Source of the DNA: a virus
IMG/VR virus record: IMGVR_UViG_3300020446_000006
Coordinates: 14,039-78,038 of that record
DNA length: 64,000 nt
Strand: one strand, 5' to 3'
Made by a program: the position numbers and the translations under genes. Under the pieces are notes generated by a model that had not been told where the DNA came from, did not search any database, and saw only the letters and a list, made by a program, of their open reading frames with translations. Below, in pieces: positions 9,701-18,629 of the stretch. Positions within the stretch are counted from its first letter, which is position 1. Each line of letters begins with the position of its first letter.

Positions 9701-11565
9701 TACTGATCATTTTTGCCTGCATCATAATAAAAACGTATCGGATGATTAGAATTAGTGACATTTGATTGGTCAAAGCGATACTTATTACCTGGAACCATCT
9801 GAATAAATGGTGATTCCATGCCATTGACTGTGTACCCAAGTGAAGAACCCTGCCCTTCATAACGATGCCCTTGAGTTTTTGAAGCAACTAAAACGGTAAA
9901 TACTGTAGCATCAGAATCATGCACATACATAATTCTTTCAAGATTCTTAATACCTTCAGTACTAATTGTTTCGTCAAAAAGATCGAGGACCTGTGAAGAA
10001 TCAAGAACACTCGGCACATTTGAGAAGTTTGTGTAATTTAGATAGTAAGTTCCATCTTGTCCATCAAGCTCATCCGCATTAACACCTAGAGCATCAATAG
10101 TTGCTTTATCAACTGTCGGTATCGAAGGTGTGCCTTGTAGATTGTTATAGTCAAGATAATGAGAAGCACTTTCACCATTCAGTGTAAATGCGTTAATGCC
10201 GCCAACCGTCTTAATATAAGCACTATCAACCGCATCACCGCTGACACGAGCATTTACATAAGCAGAGTCGACTGTCGATTCTAAAGATAACCAAGTACCC
10301 TCAAATCCTTTATTAAATACAAACTTATCGCCTGATGCTGCATATAGTAAAGTTGCATTTGCACCTGCAATTGTAATACCCGCACCGTCTGCAGCAGCAG
10401 CGTTTGCAGCACTGTCTGCAAGAACTAAGTTCTTATCATTAAGACTTACTGTAGTTGAATTAATGGTTGTGGTTGTACCTTCAACTTGAAGATTACCAAG
10501 AATTTGTACCGTACCAGAATCTGTGCCGACCCGAGCCGGGTCGATAATCATATTCGCAGGCCCAGCGATATAACCACCGACTGTTAGATTTGAATCAATA
10601 GTTAGACTACCGACCATTGAATCAGATTGATCGCTGCGTAAGAATTGTGTACTGTTACGTCCATCAAGAGTATCTGCATTTACTCCTAAGGCATCTACAA
10701 ATGCTTTATCAACATCTTGAGCGATTCTATTTGATACGTCGACAAGATCAAGTACAGCAGGTACATTTTGTAGATTATTATAATCACGGTAATAACTGCC
10801 GTGCTGTCCGTCAAGCAGATCTGCATCGATACCACCTACAGTTTTAATATAATCAGAGTCTACAATTGCTAGCACACCAGCAGAATCTACTGATCCACCA
10901 CTAGTACGAGCATTAATATAAGCAGAGTCAATAATTGCAGTAACTTGTGCAGAATCCACCGTTGATACACGAGCATTCACGTATGCAGAATCGATAAGAT
11001 TAATTGCATCAACACTATCAAGGAATGGAGCCTCTGCTACACGAGCAAGTACATATGCACTATCAACTTTATCTTCAATTACATTGTTAATTGTAATTGT
11101 GACAGTATTACCAGAATCGTTAAGAGACGCGGCAATGTCTGAGTCTGTCCTTGCTTTTGTATAATATAAGTTCGATCCTTCTGAAAGATCTGACGTTGAT
11201 TTGGCAGCAAAGTCTGTACTAAAATCTGATGTGGTATAATGATCTGCTCTTGCGTTTACATAAGCAGAGTCGATTAAACCTTCGAGATATGATAAAGGAA
11301 CACGAGCTTGTACGTAGGCAGAATCAACAAGATTTGTAACTTCGGCTGAATCTAATTGAGCTAGAGCAACAACTTCAACTGCAGCTGCGATCGCTTCGAC
11401 ACGCGCAGAATCTACGAATGCTTTGATATTATTACCGGTATCTTTATAGTAGATCTTTCCGTCTTCGAAGTTAATAGCGAGTTCGCCATACTCCAAATCA
11501 CCTGCGACTGGTACCTTCCCTGCTACGGAAGATCTTTTAAGTAATACTTTTGGTGTCGTTGCCAT
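6781..11565 (-). CDS. Large multidomain tail fibre / virion structural protein (about 1594 aa; probable start MATTPKV at 11565)
   Basis: N-terminal LKRSSVAGKVP..GDLEYGELAINFEDGKIYYKD fibre-attachment motif, several internal repeat types, C-terminal GDEVRIIDG.GNAATNNITI domain typical of T4-like marine phage fibres. Confidence 0.75.
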   Translation of the reverse strand: MATTPKVLLKRSSVAGKVPVAGDLEYGELAINFEDGKIYYKDTGNNIKAFVDSARVEAIAAAVEVVALAQLDSAEVTNLVDSAYVQARVPLSYLEGLIDSAYVNARADHYTTSDFSTDFAAKSTSDLSEGSNLYYTKARTDSDIAASLNDSGNTVTITINNVIEDKVDSAYVLARVAEAPFLDSVDAINLIDSAYVNARVSTVDSAQVTAIIDSAYINARTSGGSVDSAGVLAIVDSDYIKTVGGIDADLLDGQHGSYYRDYNNLQNVPAVLDLVDVSNRIAQDVDKAFVDALGVNADTLDGRNSTQFLRSDQSDSMVGSLTIDSNLTVGGYIAGPANMIIDPARVGTDSGTVQILGNLQVEGTTTTINSTTVSLNDKNLVLADSAANAAAADGAGITIAGANATLLYAASGDKFVFNKGFEGTWLSLESTVDSAYVNARVSGDAVDSAYIKTVGGINAFTLNGESASHYLDYNNLQGTPSIPTVDKATIDALGVNADELDGQDGTYYLNYTNFSNVPSVLDSSQVLDLFDETISTEGIKNLERIMYVHDSDATVFTVLVASKTQGHRYEGQGSSLGYTVNGMESPFIQMVPGNKYRFDQSNVTNSNHPIRFYYDAGKNDQYTTNVTTSGISAGQSGSYVEIEITDDTPSVLHYQCQNHGLMGNAIFVQTRNLTGFTTSNLSEGSNLYYTNARVESVVDSAYVAARAPSGGGTFGLAANTGTHTFNTATETLTFLGTTGQINAGIAANNVTLELDQNINSITSISFEGDSSNAYEVKLQAINPTADRTINLPNNSGTLALLSDISGGGGGVDSAATIALITATVDSDYVALREANSGGGGGGSTIIVQDEGSSLSTAATTLNFVGSGVSASGTGTTKTITINASGSGGSSGGDAANALDGFKYTATAGQTVFTDSDDNGSVLSYEKHLANLQVFLNGILLVETDDYTETDSSTLTLATGADSNDILQIFDHNAVTPASGVDSSATITIINQTIDSSYIATKIEDLTRGVLSVTKFIYEADSGQTLFTDSDKFGNVLSVSTDHIEVYLNGILLEDTTDFTATDSSITLAEAADSGYSLTVIETTGRVGRSTLFSNAYEFTADSGQTLFTGADDHGTNLNLATGISEVYLNGILLSEQNDYVATNTSITLNLAADSDDFLSIVNVVSNNIAGMNYREYKFTGYTGSAVLTGQGMSFGNNQVQVHKNGVLLSSTDYTTANGNSITITPTSISSDVYIVSVFTAANDRANAYYFTADSGQTNFVGLDDTGKEVVYSNTGSKLVYVNGILLAPTDFTASNGSSFTLNEAAAAGDDVQFIAFGDIVFDAGIQQPITRTQFEFTASPGQTAFSGTDNNGSNLEYNPGKIAVYLNGLLLSSSDFTATNSSSVTLTEAADSGDVLLVERFLGNSPLPGLDSNDMFTLVDSAYVAARLGAAAGFTISNEGTPLTVSATTLDFVGSGVVATGNGSGTKTITITAGLDSSQIISVVTPLADSIADSAINKRLTWTEAASSFIAVPGDRKIVNTKTSGKVITLQAGATLGDEVRIIDGYGNAATNNITIQSTQKILGSDSDLIININRAAIGLVYYNDSNGWILTEN

Positions 11566-11567
11566 CT

Positions 11568-13100
11568 TTAGTAAGTCCCGCAATCAATAGTTGCTATTTC
11601 TACCTGCCCTGCTGTAACTAAGAAGTCTTGAGAATCAAATGCAGCTACGCCTAAAGCAGACGAAGTGGATGCTACTCCAGCAATTGCTCCTGTTGCAGAA
11701 CTATACGATATTCCGTTTGACGCAGTCAGCGCATGCTTTGCAGCGCTATCTGCTCTTGCGTCTGTATAATATAAGTTTGAACCTTCAGGTAATTGCCCAG
11801 TATTCGCATCACCTAAGTCTGAATCAAAATTGGCCTTAGAGTAAACTTGCTCAACATCAATACTAAATCTACCTGCAGCCGAATCATATGTAAGATCTCC
11901 AGCAGCACTGAAATGAGATCTGACTTCGGTTGCACTTGGTCCTGTAAATGTAAATCTTCCGTTTGCAGAATCATATGTTAATGATCCATCTCCACCAACA
12001 TCTACAACATTTAGAGCATTTCTTACTCGCTGTGTTGTGTGATATAGATTTGAACCTTCTGTAAGATCACTAGTAGTTTTCTGTGCAAAATCAGAATCAA
12101 ATCCTAAATAGCGTCCACTGAATGTTGTTGTACTAATCGTGCCAGAAACATCGATGTTCGGCGCTAAGAATGTCTTATTTGCATGCCATGCATCGTTTGA
12201 CGCCTTATAAAAGATATTTGCGCCGGCTCCGACTACATGAATGCCTGCAGAATCTGCAGCCGCAGGGTTTGCTGCGCCCGATGCCAATGTAATATTTTTA
12301 TCGTCAACTTCAAGAGTCGTAGAATTAATTGTAGTAGTTGTACCATCAACCTGTAAATTACCTTGAATGATTAAAGTACCGGCTGTACCTGTAGGACTTG
12401 GATCAATCGTAATATCGCCGCTTGTTGAGACAATACTATTACCGTCAATTGTAATATTATCAACTTGAAGTGATGATAGAGCAGTAACGTTCGAGTCAAG
12501 ATGTATGTCGACTCTTGTGCCGGTTACTAGGTCTTGTAGCTTAGTGTGTATGTTAGTTGCACCATATATCTGCAACTTTTCACCCATTGTAAGAACACCG
12601 GTGCCACTAGCGGTATTTCCATCGACGTCAAGAACGTTACGAGTATCTACATAATTTTTTGTAGCAGCATCTTGTGCACTTGAAGGATCTACAACATTTG
12701 ATATTGTAGAAGTACTTGCATCAATTATGCCGCTTGATGGGTTTACTGTAAGATTGCCTGTAGCAGAGATCTCATTACCGTCGATACTTACATTATCTAC
12801 ATTTAGTATATCAATCTTACTATTTGCATCAGTAATAATTGCACTTGATGGTTTTAACTGACCCTTAGGATGGTCCATCATGTCTGTGTAATATTTACCG
12901 CCAATTGTATGAATCGAGTTTGCAAAGCCGTTTGGCGAATCATTTCCACCTGCACCTATGAAAAGACGATCGCCACCTGCCGAATCACCGGCAGCATGAG
13001 TATAAGCAAGTTCTCCACTTTTTAATATATTATCTGATACATTAATAGTGGCTGTAGTACTAGATTGTTTAAGAATAAATTTAATATCTGTAGAAGACAT
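11568..13100 (-). CDS. Tail fibre / virion structural protein
   Basis: GELAY...DRLFIG, DPSSAQDAATKNYVD, GNLQVDGTTTTINST..DKNI, EGSNLYYT repeats, C-terminal IDCGTY. Confidence 0.7.
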   Translation of the reverse strand: MSSTDIKFILKQSSTTATINVSDNILKSGELAYTHAAGDSAGGDRLFIGAGGNDSPNGFANSIHTIGGKYYTDMMDHPKGQLKPSSAIITDANSKIDILNVDNVSIDGNEISATGNLTVNPSSGIIDASTSTISNVVDPSSAQDAATKNYVDTRNVLDVDGNTASGTGVLTMGEKLQIYGATNIHTKLQDLVTGTRVDIHLDSNVTALSSLQVDNITIDGNSIVSTSGDITIDPSPTGTAGTLIIQGNLQVDGTTTTINSTTLEVDDKNITLASGAANPAAADSAGIHVVGAGANIFYKASNDAWHANKTFLAPNIDVSGTISTTTFSGRYLGFDSDFAQKTTSDLTEGSNLYHTTQRVRNALNVVDVGGDGSLTYDSANGRFTFTGPSATEVRSHFSAAGDLTYDSAAGRFSIDVEQVYSKANFDSDLGDANTGQLPEGSNLYYTDARADSAAKHALTASNGISYSSATGAIAGVASTSSALGVAAFDSQDFLVTAGQVEIATIDCGTY

Positions 13101-13318
13101 TAGAAACTACCTCCACTCAATGTAAGAGTTTGAGGAAGAGTTGTCACTTCGAATTTACCGGTACTGATATTAAATTGTAATATACCATCATCGACTAGAG
13201 CAGATGTATCAACATCAGTCAAGTCACCAATTGCTTGTGCTTGTGCACCGGTTACCTTACGAACCGGAGTACCAATGGTAATTTTTCGAATGTGAGTCTG
13301 TACTGGAGGTGTTGTCAT
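13100..13318 (-). CDS. Small fibre-associated protein
   Basis: IGDLTDVD...DDGILQFN..TGKF repeat unit and C-terminal SGGSF; translationally coupled to neighbours. Confidence 0.55.
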   Translation of the reverse strand: MTTPPVQTHIRKITIGTPVRKVTGAQAQAIGDLTDVDTSALVDDGILQFNISTGKFEVTTLPQTLTLSGGSF

Positions 13319-13663
13319 TTATGTCACCGATGGGCTAACGCGTATCTTTCCTTCAAGGATTCTCTCAATTACAGTTGATCCGTTTGAATCAACATAAGAG
13401 ATCTCCACATCATATACATAGTTACCAACACGAAGTGCGTCTGATTGAATGTTATTCAAGGAAAGAGTTACGATACCATCAGTGGGCTGAATAGCAACGG
13501 CAAAATCTGTAGTGTCTGCTGAATCTGAATTGTAGTTCCGCTTCATTTTAGCGGCTGCAGAATAGTTTGTAAGATCTTTAATGTTACCCGACGGGTCAAC
13601 AAGTTCTAACTGCACTGCTATGTCCGACCCCTTGTCGAACGTAAATTTCTCGTATTCTGCCAT
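13319..13663 (-). CDS. Virion structural protein (BppU N-terminal-like Ig fold)
   Basis: DLTNYSAAAKMKR...GIVTLSL...GNYVYDVEI...RILEGKIRVSPSVT, a common T4-like phage structural family. Confidence 0.7.
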   Translation of the reverse strand: MAEYEKFTFDKGSDIAVQLELVDPSGNIKDLTNYSAAAKMKRNYNSDSADTTDFAVAIQPTDGIVTLSLNNIQSDALRVGNYVYDVEISYVDSNGSTVIERILEGKIRVSPSVT

Positions 13664-13709
13664 TTTTCCAATCTCGATACTAAGTAACTCGACATGATAA
13701 TCTTACTCT

Positions 13710-13717
13710 TATTTATA
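13710..13717 (-). promoter_or_regulatory. T4-type late promoter TATAAATA driving the fibre genes
   Basis: Exact motif upstream of 13663. Confidence 0.85.
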
Positions 13718-13735
13718 CAGAAACCCGTTTGCATG

Positions 13736-13746
13736 TATAATAAATA
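13736..13746 (+). promoter_or_regulatory. Putative promoter of the inverted enzyme cassette (TATAAT overlapping the late-like AATAAATA)
   Basis: TATAATAAATA about 30 nt upstream of AAGGAG-N6-GTG at 13776. Confidence 0.45.
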
Positions 13747-13775
13747 GTAATGCATGTCAACTCAAGGAGAAAAAA

Positions 13776-14630
13776 GTGGATAGACAAACACGTATCAAAA
13801 AGATGTTTTATGGTTGGGATGATGAAATGGATATTATGCGTGATATCCAAAAATGCCAAAGAAACTGGGATTACTCTAAAGAAGTACATCATGAAATTAG
13901 AGACTATCTATTATGGACAGCGTTAAATGCGCCATCAAAACAACATGAGGCTTATTACGATGTCTATTGGTCTACTGATCGCGACGTTATACAAGAGTGT
14001 TCTCGTTATACGTGGGGATGTACACACAGCCGAAATCCTCCTTCGACATGGAGAAATGCACAAGCAAATGCAAACATGTATATGCTTTTTGTTGCAAAAG
14101 AACCGGATACAAATCAAAACTGTAATGCAGATGGTACAGAGAAATCTAATAAATCTTCAGCTCGATGGGAAAATGCATATGTAAGTATCGGTATCGCAGT
14201 TGGATTAGTACTTAGAGCTGCCGCAAAATATGGATTCGCCACTGGTTGTAATAAAAGTCATGGCGATTTAAATGGTGATAAGTTTTGGGAAAAAAAATTA
14301 GGTATCTTAGAAGAAGTCGAAGCAGGTGAAAAAAAGATAGCATACGGTATTGGTATCGGATATCCTAATGAACATCGACCTCGTTGGGAATCTGATGATC
14401 TTGAGTTGGCTTTAGGTGCTGGAAATGGTAGCAATTTGGCAACTGATACAAATCTTACAGAAAATGAAAAAGGTAAACCATACAGACATATTAAAATTAT
14501 TAATGTCGCTGAACATGCAGGTGAAACTCTCTTAGATCCATATGGTAATAAGCACGAAATTCCTGATGTAGCTGAAATTAAAATTAATACTATGCGTAAA
14601 AGAAACATTGAGGCTATAGAAATAAAATGA
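13776..14630 (+). CDS. Nitroreductase-fold (FMN-binding) protein
   Basis: KCQRNWD...NAPSKQH..Y; SIGIAVG...AAAKYGFATGC; YGIGIGYP. Confidence 0.7.
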   Translation: MDRQTRIKKMFYGWDDEMDIMRDIQKCQRNWDYSKEVHHEIRDYLLWTALNAPSKQHEAYYDVYWSTDRDVIQECSRYTWGCTHSRNPPSTWRNAQANANMYMLFVAKEPDTNQNCNADGTEKSNKSSARWENAYVSIGIAVGLVLRAAAKYGFATGCNKSHGDLNGDKFWEKKLGILEEVEAGEKKIAYGIGIGYPNEHRPRWESDDLELALGAGNGSNLATDTNLTENEKGKPYRHIKIINVAEHAGETLLDPYGNKHEIPDVAEIKINTMRKRNIEAIEIK

Positions 14631-15298
14631 GTGTGTATGACATTTTAAAAAAAAGAAAATATGTACTAGATTACGAAACGCATGCAGAAATAGATAAAGA
14701 ATTAATTATAGATCTTTTACAAAAAGCATGGAAAGTCACTCCTTCGAAAAATAATTTTATGCCTTATAAGGTTCATGTAATAGGACCAGAACGTAGAAAA
14801 TTAAAAGAAAGTATTTTTTTAAAAAGTTTAAAACATGAAGGTGCAGCAGACAATATAGATGTTATTGAAAGATATGAAAACCGTGGAAAATTACCTAATT
14901 ATAGAAATATTCGGTCATGTTCTTATCTTTTAATTTTTACGTTAAGACAAGAAACTGATCCAAATCCATTTCAAAAATGGTTATTTGAACAGGGACATAA
15001 CTATCCTGCAATGCGTAATGTGGAAGAGTGTTATGGAGATGCGTTACTAGAAATGGGAATGTTTTCAACCGCCTTTGGAGCTATGTGTTTAGAACATGAT
15101 ATCGACATTGCTCCTGTTGGCTGTTATCCTAAAGATTTAAAGGATTGGTGGGATGTACCGTTTATAAAATACCCGCCAATAGGTTTACTAACGGTTGGGA
15201 AGGGAAAATATTACAGACAAAATCCTGCATTTCCTGGACGCGAAAAAGATGATTGGAAACCAAACTTTAGCAAAGTGGTTAATATAGAGAATATTTAA
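14627..15298 (+). CDS. Nitroreductase-fold protein
   Basis: LKKRKYV..Y, AWKVTPSKNNFMPY, LEMGMFS...LEHDID, LLTVGKG. Confidence 0.7.
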   Translation: MSVYDILKKRKYVLDYETHAEIDKELIIDLLQKAWKVTPSKNNFMPYKVHVIGPERRKLKESIFLKSLKHEGAADNIDVIERYENRGKLPNYRNIRSCSYLLIFTLRQETDPNPFQKWLFEQGHNYPAMRNVEECYGDALLEMGMFSTAFGAMCLEHDIDIAPVGCYPKDLKDWWDVPFIKYPPIGLLTVGKGKYYRQNPAFPGREKDDWKPNFSKVVNIENI

Positions 15299-16021
15299 AT
15301 GAGTGTGTATGATCTTTTTCAAACTCGACATCATGTACTGGAATATGCGCCAGAACCAGTAGATGAGAGTTTACTAAATACTCTATTATGGAAAGCATGG
15401 AAGATAACACCTTCAAAAAGCAACGCTATGCCTTACAATGTAAATGTTTTAGGTCCAAAGGATCAAATAGAAAAAAATAAGATTTATGATCAAGTTTCAG
15501 GGAATCACAAATTCTATGATGAGGTAGGACTTGATTACAATACTAAAGATAATCCTAAACTTCAAAAAGAATACAAATTTAAAGTTAATCCATTCTATGG
15601 ACATGTAAAGAATAATTCACATTTGTTAGTATTTTCTTCAAGAGTTGCAAAACCAAATGCGTTTTATAAAGATACAATCTGGCGAGAAGCCCATTTTTTT
15701 GAACAGGCTGAAGAAGATCAGGTGACTGATATAGCTGAAAGTGTGAGTGTTGAATGCGGCTTTTTCGCAACACATCTTGCAGGTTTATGTAGAGAGCAAA
15801 ACATCGATGTATCTTTTACCGCCTGTTTGCCAAAGAGCATAGACAAATGGAAGGCTTTTCCGTATTTATGGTATAACTATGAAAAGCAGACAGCAAAAAT
15901 ACATCTTATAATGAGCATCGGTTATGCCGAAAAATATAGATATGAATGGTTAACAGAAATTAGAAGAACTAAAGACGATATAAAACCAGAATTTACTGAG
16001 GTAGTGAAATTTATTAAATGA
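15299..16021 (+). CDS. Nitroreductase-fold protein
   Basis: TRHHVLEY, AWKITPSKSNAMPY, VECGFFA...EQNIDVSF, MSIGYA. Confidence 0.7.
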   Translation: MSVYDLFQTRHHVLEYAPEPVDESLLNTLLWKAWKITPSKSNAMPYNVNVLGPKDQIEKNKIYDQVSGNHKFYDEVGLDYNTKDNPKLQKEYKFKVNPFYGHVKNNSHLLVFSSRVAKPNAFYKDTIWREAHFFEQAEEDQVTDIAESVSVECGFFATHLAGLCREQNIDVSFTACLPKSIDKWKAFPYLWYNYEKQTAKIHLIMSIGYAEKYRYEWLTEIRRTKDDIKPEFTEVVKFIK

Positions 16022-16830
16022 TAAACGTTGTATGTACGAGTAAACCATGTGATGGTTTACTGTATTATAGTTATGAATATGCATCGCTGCTTGATGCAAA
16101 ACTAATTATTATACCAAATCCTAAATTTACGGAACAAGACTATCTTAATTCAATTCAACACAAGTATATTCACTGTAAGAACGTTGAATTTGATTATTAT
16201 GGTGGAAATGATATTACCCTTATTATGGGTAGAAGCATGCTTACACTAGCATATCGAGATTTTAAAAATTATTCTGATGACGCAAAGATGTCATTAATAG
16301 AGTTGTTTCGAAATCCACTGATATCTGTATATTCAAATAATCATCCTAATGAATATTCACTTGCACTTGAATTTTTTAAACCATCTCAAGTAACCGATCT
16401 TTGTGATCATGAAGTTTATTCAGATGGTGTTGGTGAAAACTTTATTAAGAGAATCAATTTTGATATTTACAAAGAGTCTGTCGAAGATGTACAGTTCGAG
16501 CATCTATTTCTTGGTACAAATAACGAGTACTATCAAGCAGCACTCGATAACATGAAACCAGATTCTCGTATTCTAGTTTATAAATATGTAGATGAAAAGA
16601 GTCTTGTAGTTCCTGTCGATAACATACTCGGCATGTTTAATACATATGTTTATACGAAGCCATCGTTTGATCCTGCACCAAGATTATTGCAAGAAAGTAT
16701 GTACTTTTCGAAGAAAGTATGTTATAATAGAGATAAAAATATAAAAGACGGCGGCAGTGTTTACTTCAATCGTAAGATTGAAAAGCCGTCTATTGAGGTA
16801 ATACAGAATGTGGCAAAGACAATACGATAA
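16018..16830 (+). CDS. Hypothetical protein, possibly GT-B-fold glycosyltransferase-like
   Basis: Coupled to neighbours; C-terminal YVYTKPSFDPAPRLLQES..FSKKV loosely resembles the GT-B nucleotide-binding segment. Confidence 0.35.
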   Translation: MINVVCTSKPCDGLLYYSYEYASLLDAKLIIIPNPKFTEQDYLNSIQHKYIHCKNVEFDYYGGNDITLIMGRSMLTLAYRDFKNYSDDAKMSLIELFRNPLISVYSNNHPNEYSLALEFFKPSQVTDLCDHEVYSDGVGENFIKRINFDIYKESVEDVQFEHLFLGTNNEYYQAALDNMKPDSRILVYKYVDEKSLVVPVDNILGMFNTYVYTKPSFDPAPRLLQESMYFSKKVCYNRDKNIKDGGSVYFNRKIEKPSIEVIQNVAKTIR

Positions 16831-17839
16831 ATATGAAGACGCATATTTACAGATATTTGAAAATGCGTTATCACAAAATCCAGAATCGAATGTAGAATTT
16901 TTAGAAAAAAACGTAAAGAAAGTTGCACAAAGAGAGTACGCAGTTGCATGTAATTCCGCGACAGATGCTCTTATGTTTTCACTTGTGGCAAATGACATTG
17001 GTCCGGGTGATGAAGTACTTGTTACAAATTTTTCATGGATATCGACTGCGTCATGTATCGCCATGGCAGGAGCAACTCCTGTCTTTTGTGATATTGATTT
17101 TGATACACGACATATCTCAATTGATAGTATCAAGAGAATGCAATCACCAAAAGTAAAGGCGATTATATACACTCACCTCTTTGGCTCAATGTCAGATACT
17201 ACAGAGATTGAACAGTGGTGTAAAGAATCAAACGTGCTCTTTATTGAAGATGCTGCACAATCGATAGGTTCAAGTTATAATGGCAAAGTTGCTGGAAGTA
17301 TTGGCGATTGTAGTTCATATAGTTTTAATGCAAATAAAGTCATAAGCGGAATATCAGGTGGTGGCATGTTTATGACTGATAGTAAAGAAATGGCAGAAAA
17401 AGTAAAGAAGCTTAGGAAACACGGTAAGGATGATCGTGATGGTTATATTACTCTTGGTGTCAATTCAAAAATGTATGTGCTAAATGCTATGATGATTGAT
17501 TTCAGACTTAAACAATTAGAATCTGAAAGAGAACGCAGAAAAGAAATAGCAATGATATACGATTCTATTTTAGATCAAACACACGAACAACCAGGCTTGA
17601 TTCATAACTATCATAAATACACTTACCTGACAGATAAAAGAAATCTCTTAGATTTGCAGATACATTATGATAGACCTTTATCGGCACATCCGATGTGGCA
17701 AGGTATTCATCATAGAGCAGATGATACACCAAATGCAAGAGAGGTAAGTCAGAAAATAGTATCATTACCGATTGATGCGTTCATGACTGATAATGAGGCA
17801 AAAGATGTCGCAACCAAAATCTATAAAACAGTTGAATGA
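16808..17839 (+). CDS. DegT/DnrJ/EryC1/StrS family PLP-dependent sugar aminotransferase
   Basis: CNSATDAL, IGPGDEVLV, GATPVFCDID, IEDAAQSIG, SFNANK (PLP lysine), GGGM, SLPI. Confidence 0.93.
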   Translation: MWQRQYDKYEDAYLQIFENALSQNPESNVEFLEKNVKKVAQREYAVACNSATDALMFSLVANDIGPGDEVLVTNFSWISTASCIAMAGATPVFCDIDFDTRHISIDSIKRMQSPKVKAIIYTHLFGSMSDTTEIEQWCKESNVLFIEDAAQSIGSSYNGKVAGSIGDCSSYSFNANKVISGISGGGMFMTDSKEMAEKVKKLRKHGKDDRDGYITLGVNSKMYVLNAMMIDFRLKQLESERERRKEIAMIYDSILDQTHEQPGLIHNYHKYTYLTDKRNLLDLQIHYDRPLSAHPMWQGIHHRADDTPNAREVSQKIVSLPIDAFMTDNEAKDVATKIYKTVE

Positions 17840-18629
17840 AGAAAATTATCTAGCTATCGATTTTTATCTATCGAAGTCATGTAATAAATCTTGTCATTAC
17901 TGCACTGCATGGACACTTGAGATGCGCAATCTCGATGTCGATATGGATTTTTTAAGTCGTACTCTAGAATATTTTTCTCCGTACAAGGCACGCATACAGT
18001 TATTAGGCGGCGAACCAGGTCTTATTAAAAACCTAGATGAAGTTGTTGCTGAGATCAAGAAGCATAAGAATCTTGTACCATCTGTTCTATCAAATTCCTT
18101 TGTTCGTAAGCGTTATCCACATATGCTCGAAGACCCAGAGATTCTATATCAAGAACACTTAGTCTTAGATTTCTATGAAGATAAGATTGAGAAGCTCGGT
18201 AACTTTGATTTCTTTGAAGAGAACGATCTGAACAATTACAATATCATTATCATGACTCCAAACTATTTTAAGTACCGAGAGAAATATGACTTATCGATTG
18301 TAGACCATAAGAATACACAGTTTAAGGCATTCAATTCTCGCTCACCTAATTGGACAGAAACAAAGCAAGCACCTGAGTTCGATCGTCGTATGTGCGCAGC
18401 ATTTCCAAAAGTACCGGTTGTTGACTTCGAGCTTCAAAAGATTCGACACTGTAGTAAGAAGGTAATTAAAGGCTCTCGTCAATATGCAGTAACAAAAGAG
18501 AATATCGATAAGATGATGAACTTTGAATTGTTTCGTTTCGAAGAGTATTGTAAGAGGTGCACAGAAGATATTGAAAAAAGATCGCACGATCAGATACTGA
18601 GGATAATGGAAGCTGGTGCAGTCATATGA
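17805..18629 (+). CDS. Radical SAM protein
   Basis: CNKSCHYC (CxxxCxxC), LLGGEP, C-terminal C...HC...CKRC; probable start MSQPK after GAGG. Confidence 0.88.
   Translation: MSQPKSIKQLNEENYLAIDFYLSKSCNKSCHYCTAWTLEMRNLDVDMDFLSRTLEYFSPYKARIQLLGGEPGLIKNLDEVVAEIKKHKNLVPSVLSNSFVRKRYPHMLEDPEILYQEHLVLDFYEDKIEKLGNFDFFEENDLNNYNIIIMTPNYFKYREKYDLSIVDHKNTQFKAFNSRSPNWTETKQAPEFDRRMCAAFPKVPVVDFELQKIRHCSKKVIKGSRQYAVTKENIDKMMNFELFRFEEYCKRCTEDIEKRSHDQILRIMEAGAVI

Noticed and set aside
6781-11565. GxDS motifs (GLDSSQ, GVDSAA, GLDSND) as phosphopantetheinylation sites of carrier proteins
   Set aside because: There is no ACP-like helical bundle context, the canonical DSL is essentially absent from these fibre proteins, and no PPTase is in the window.
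2728-13100. Diversity-generating retroelement acting on fibre tips
   Set aside because: No reverse transcriptase and no near-identical template/variable repeat pair with adenine-specific mismatches were noticed.
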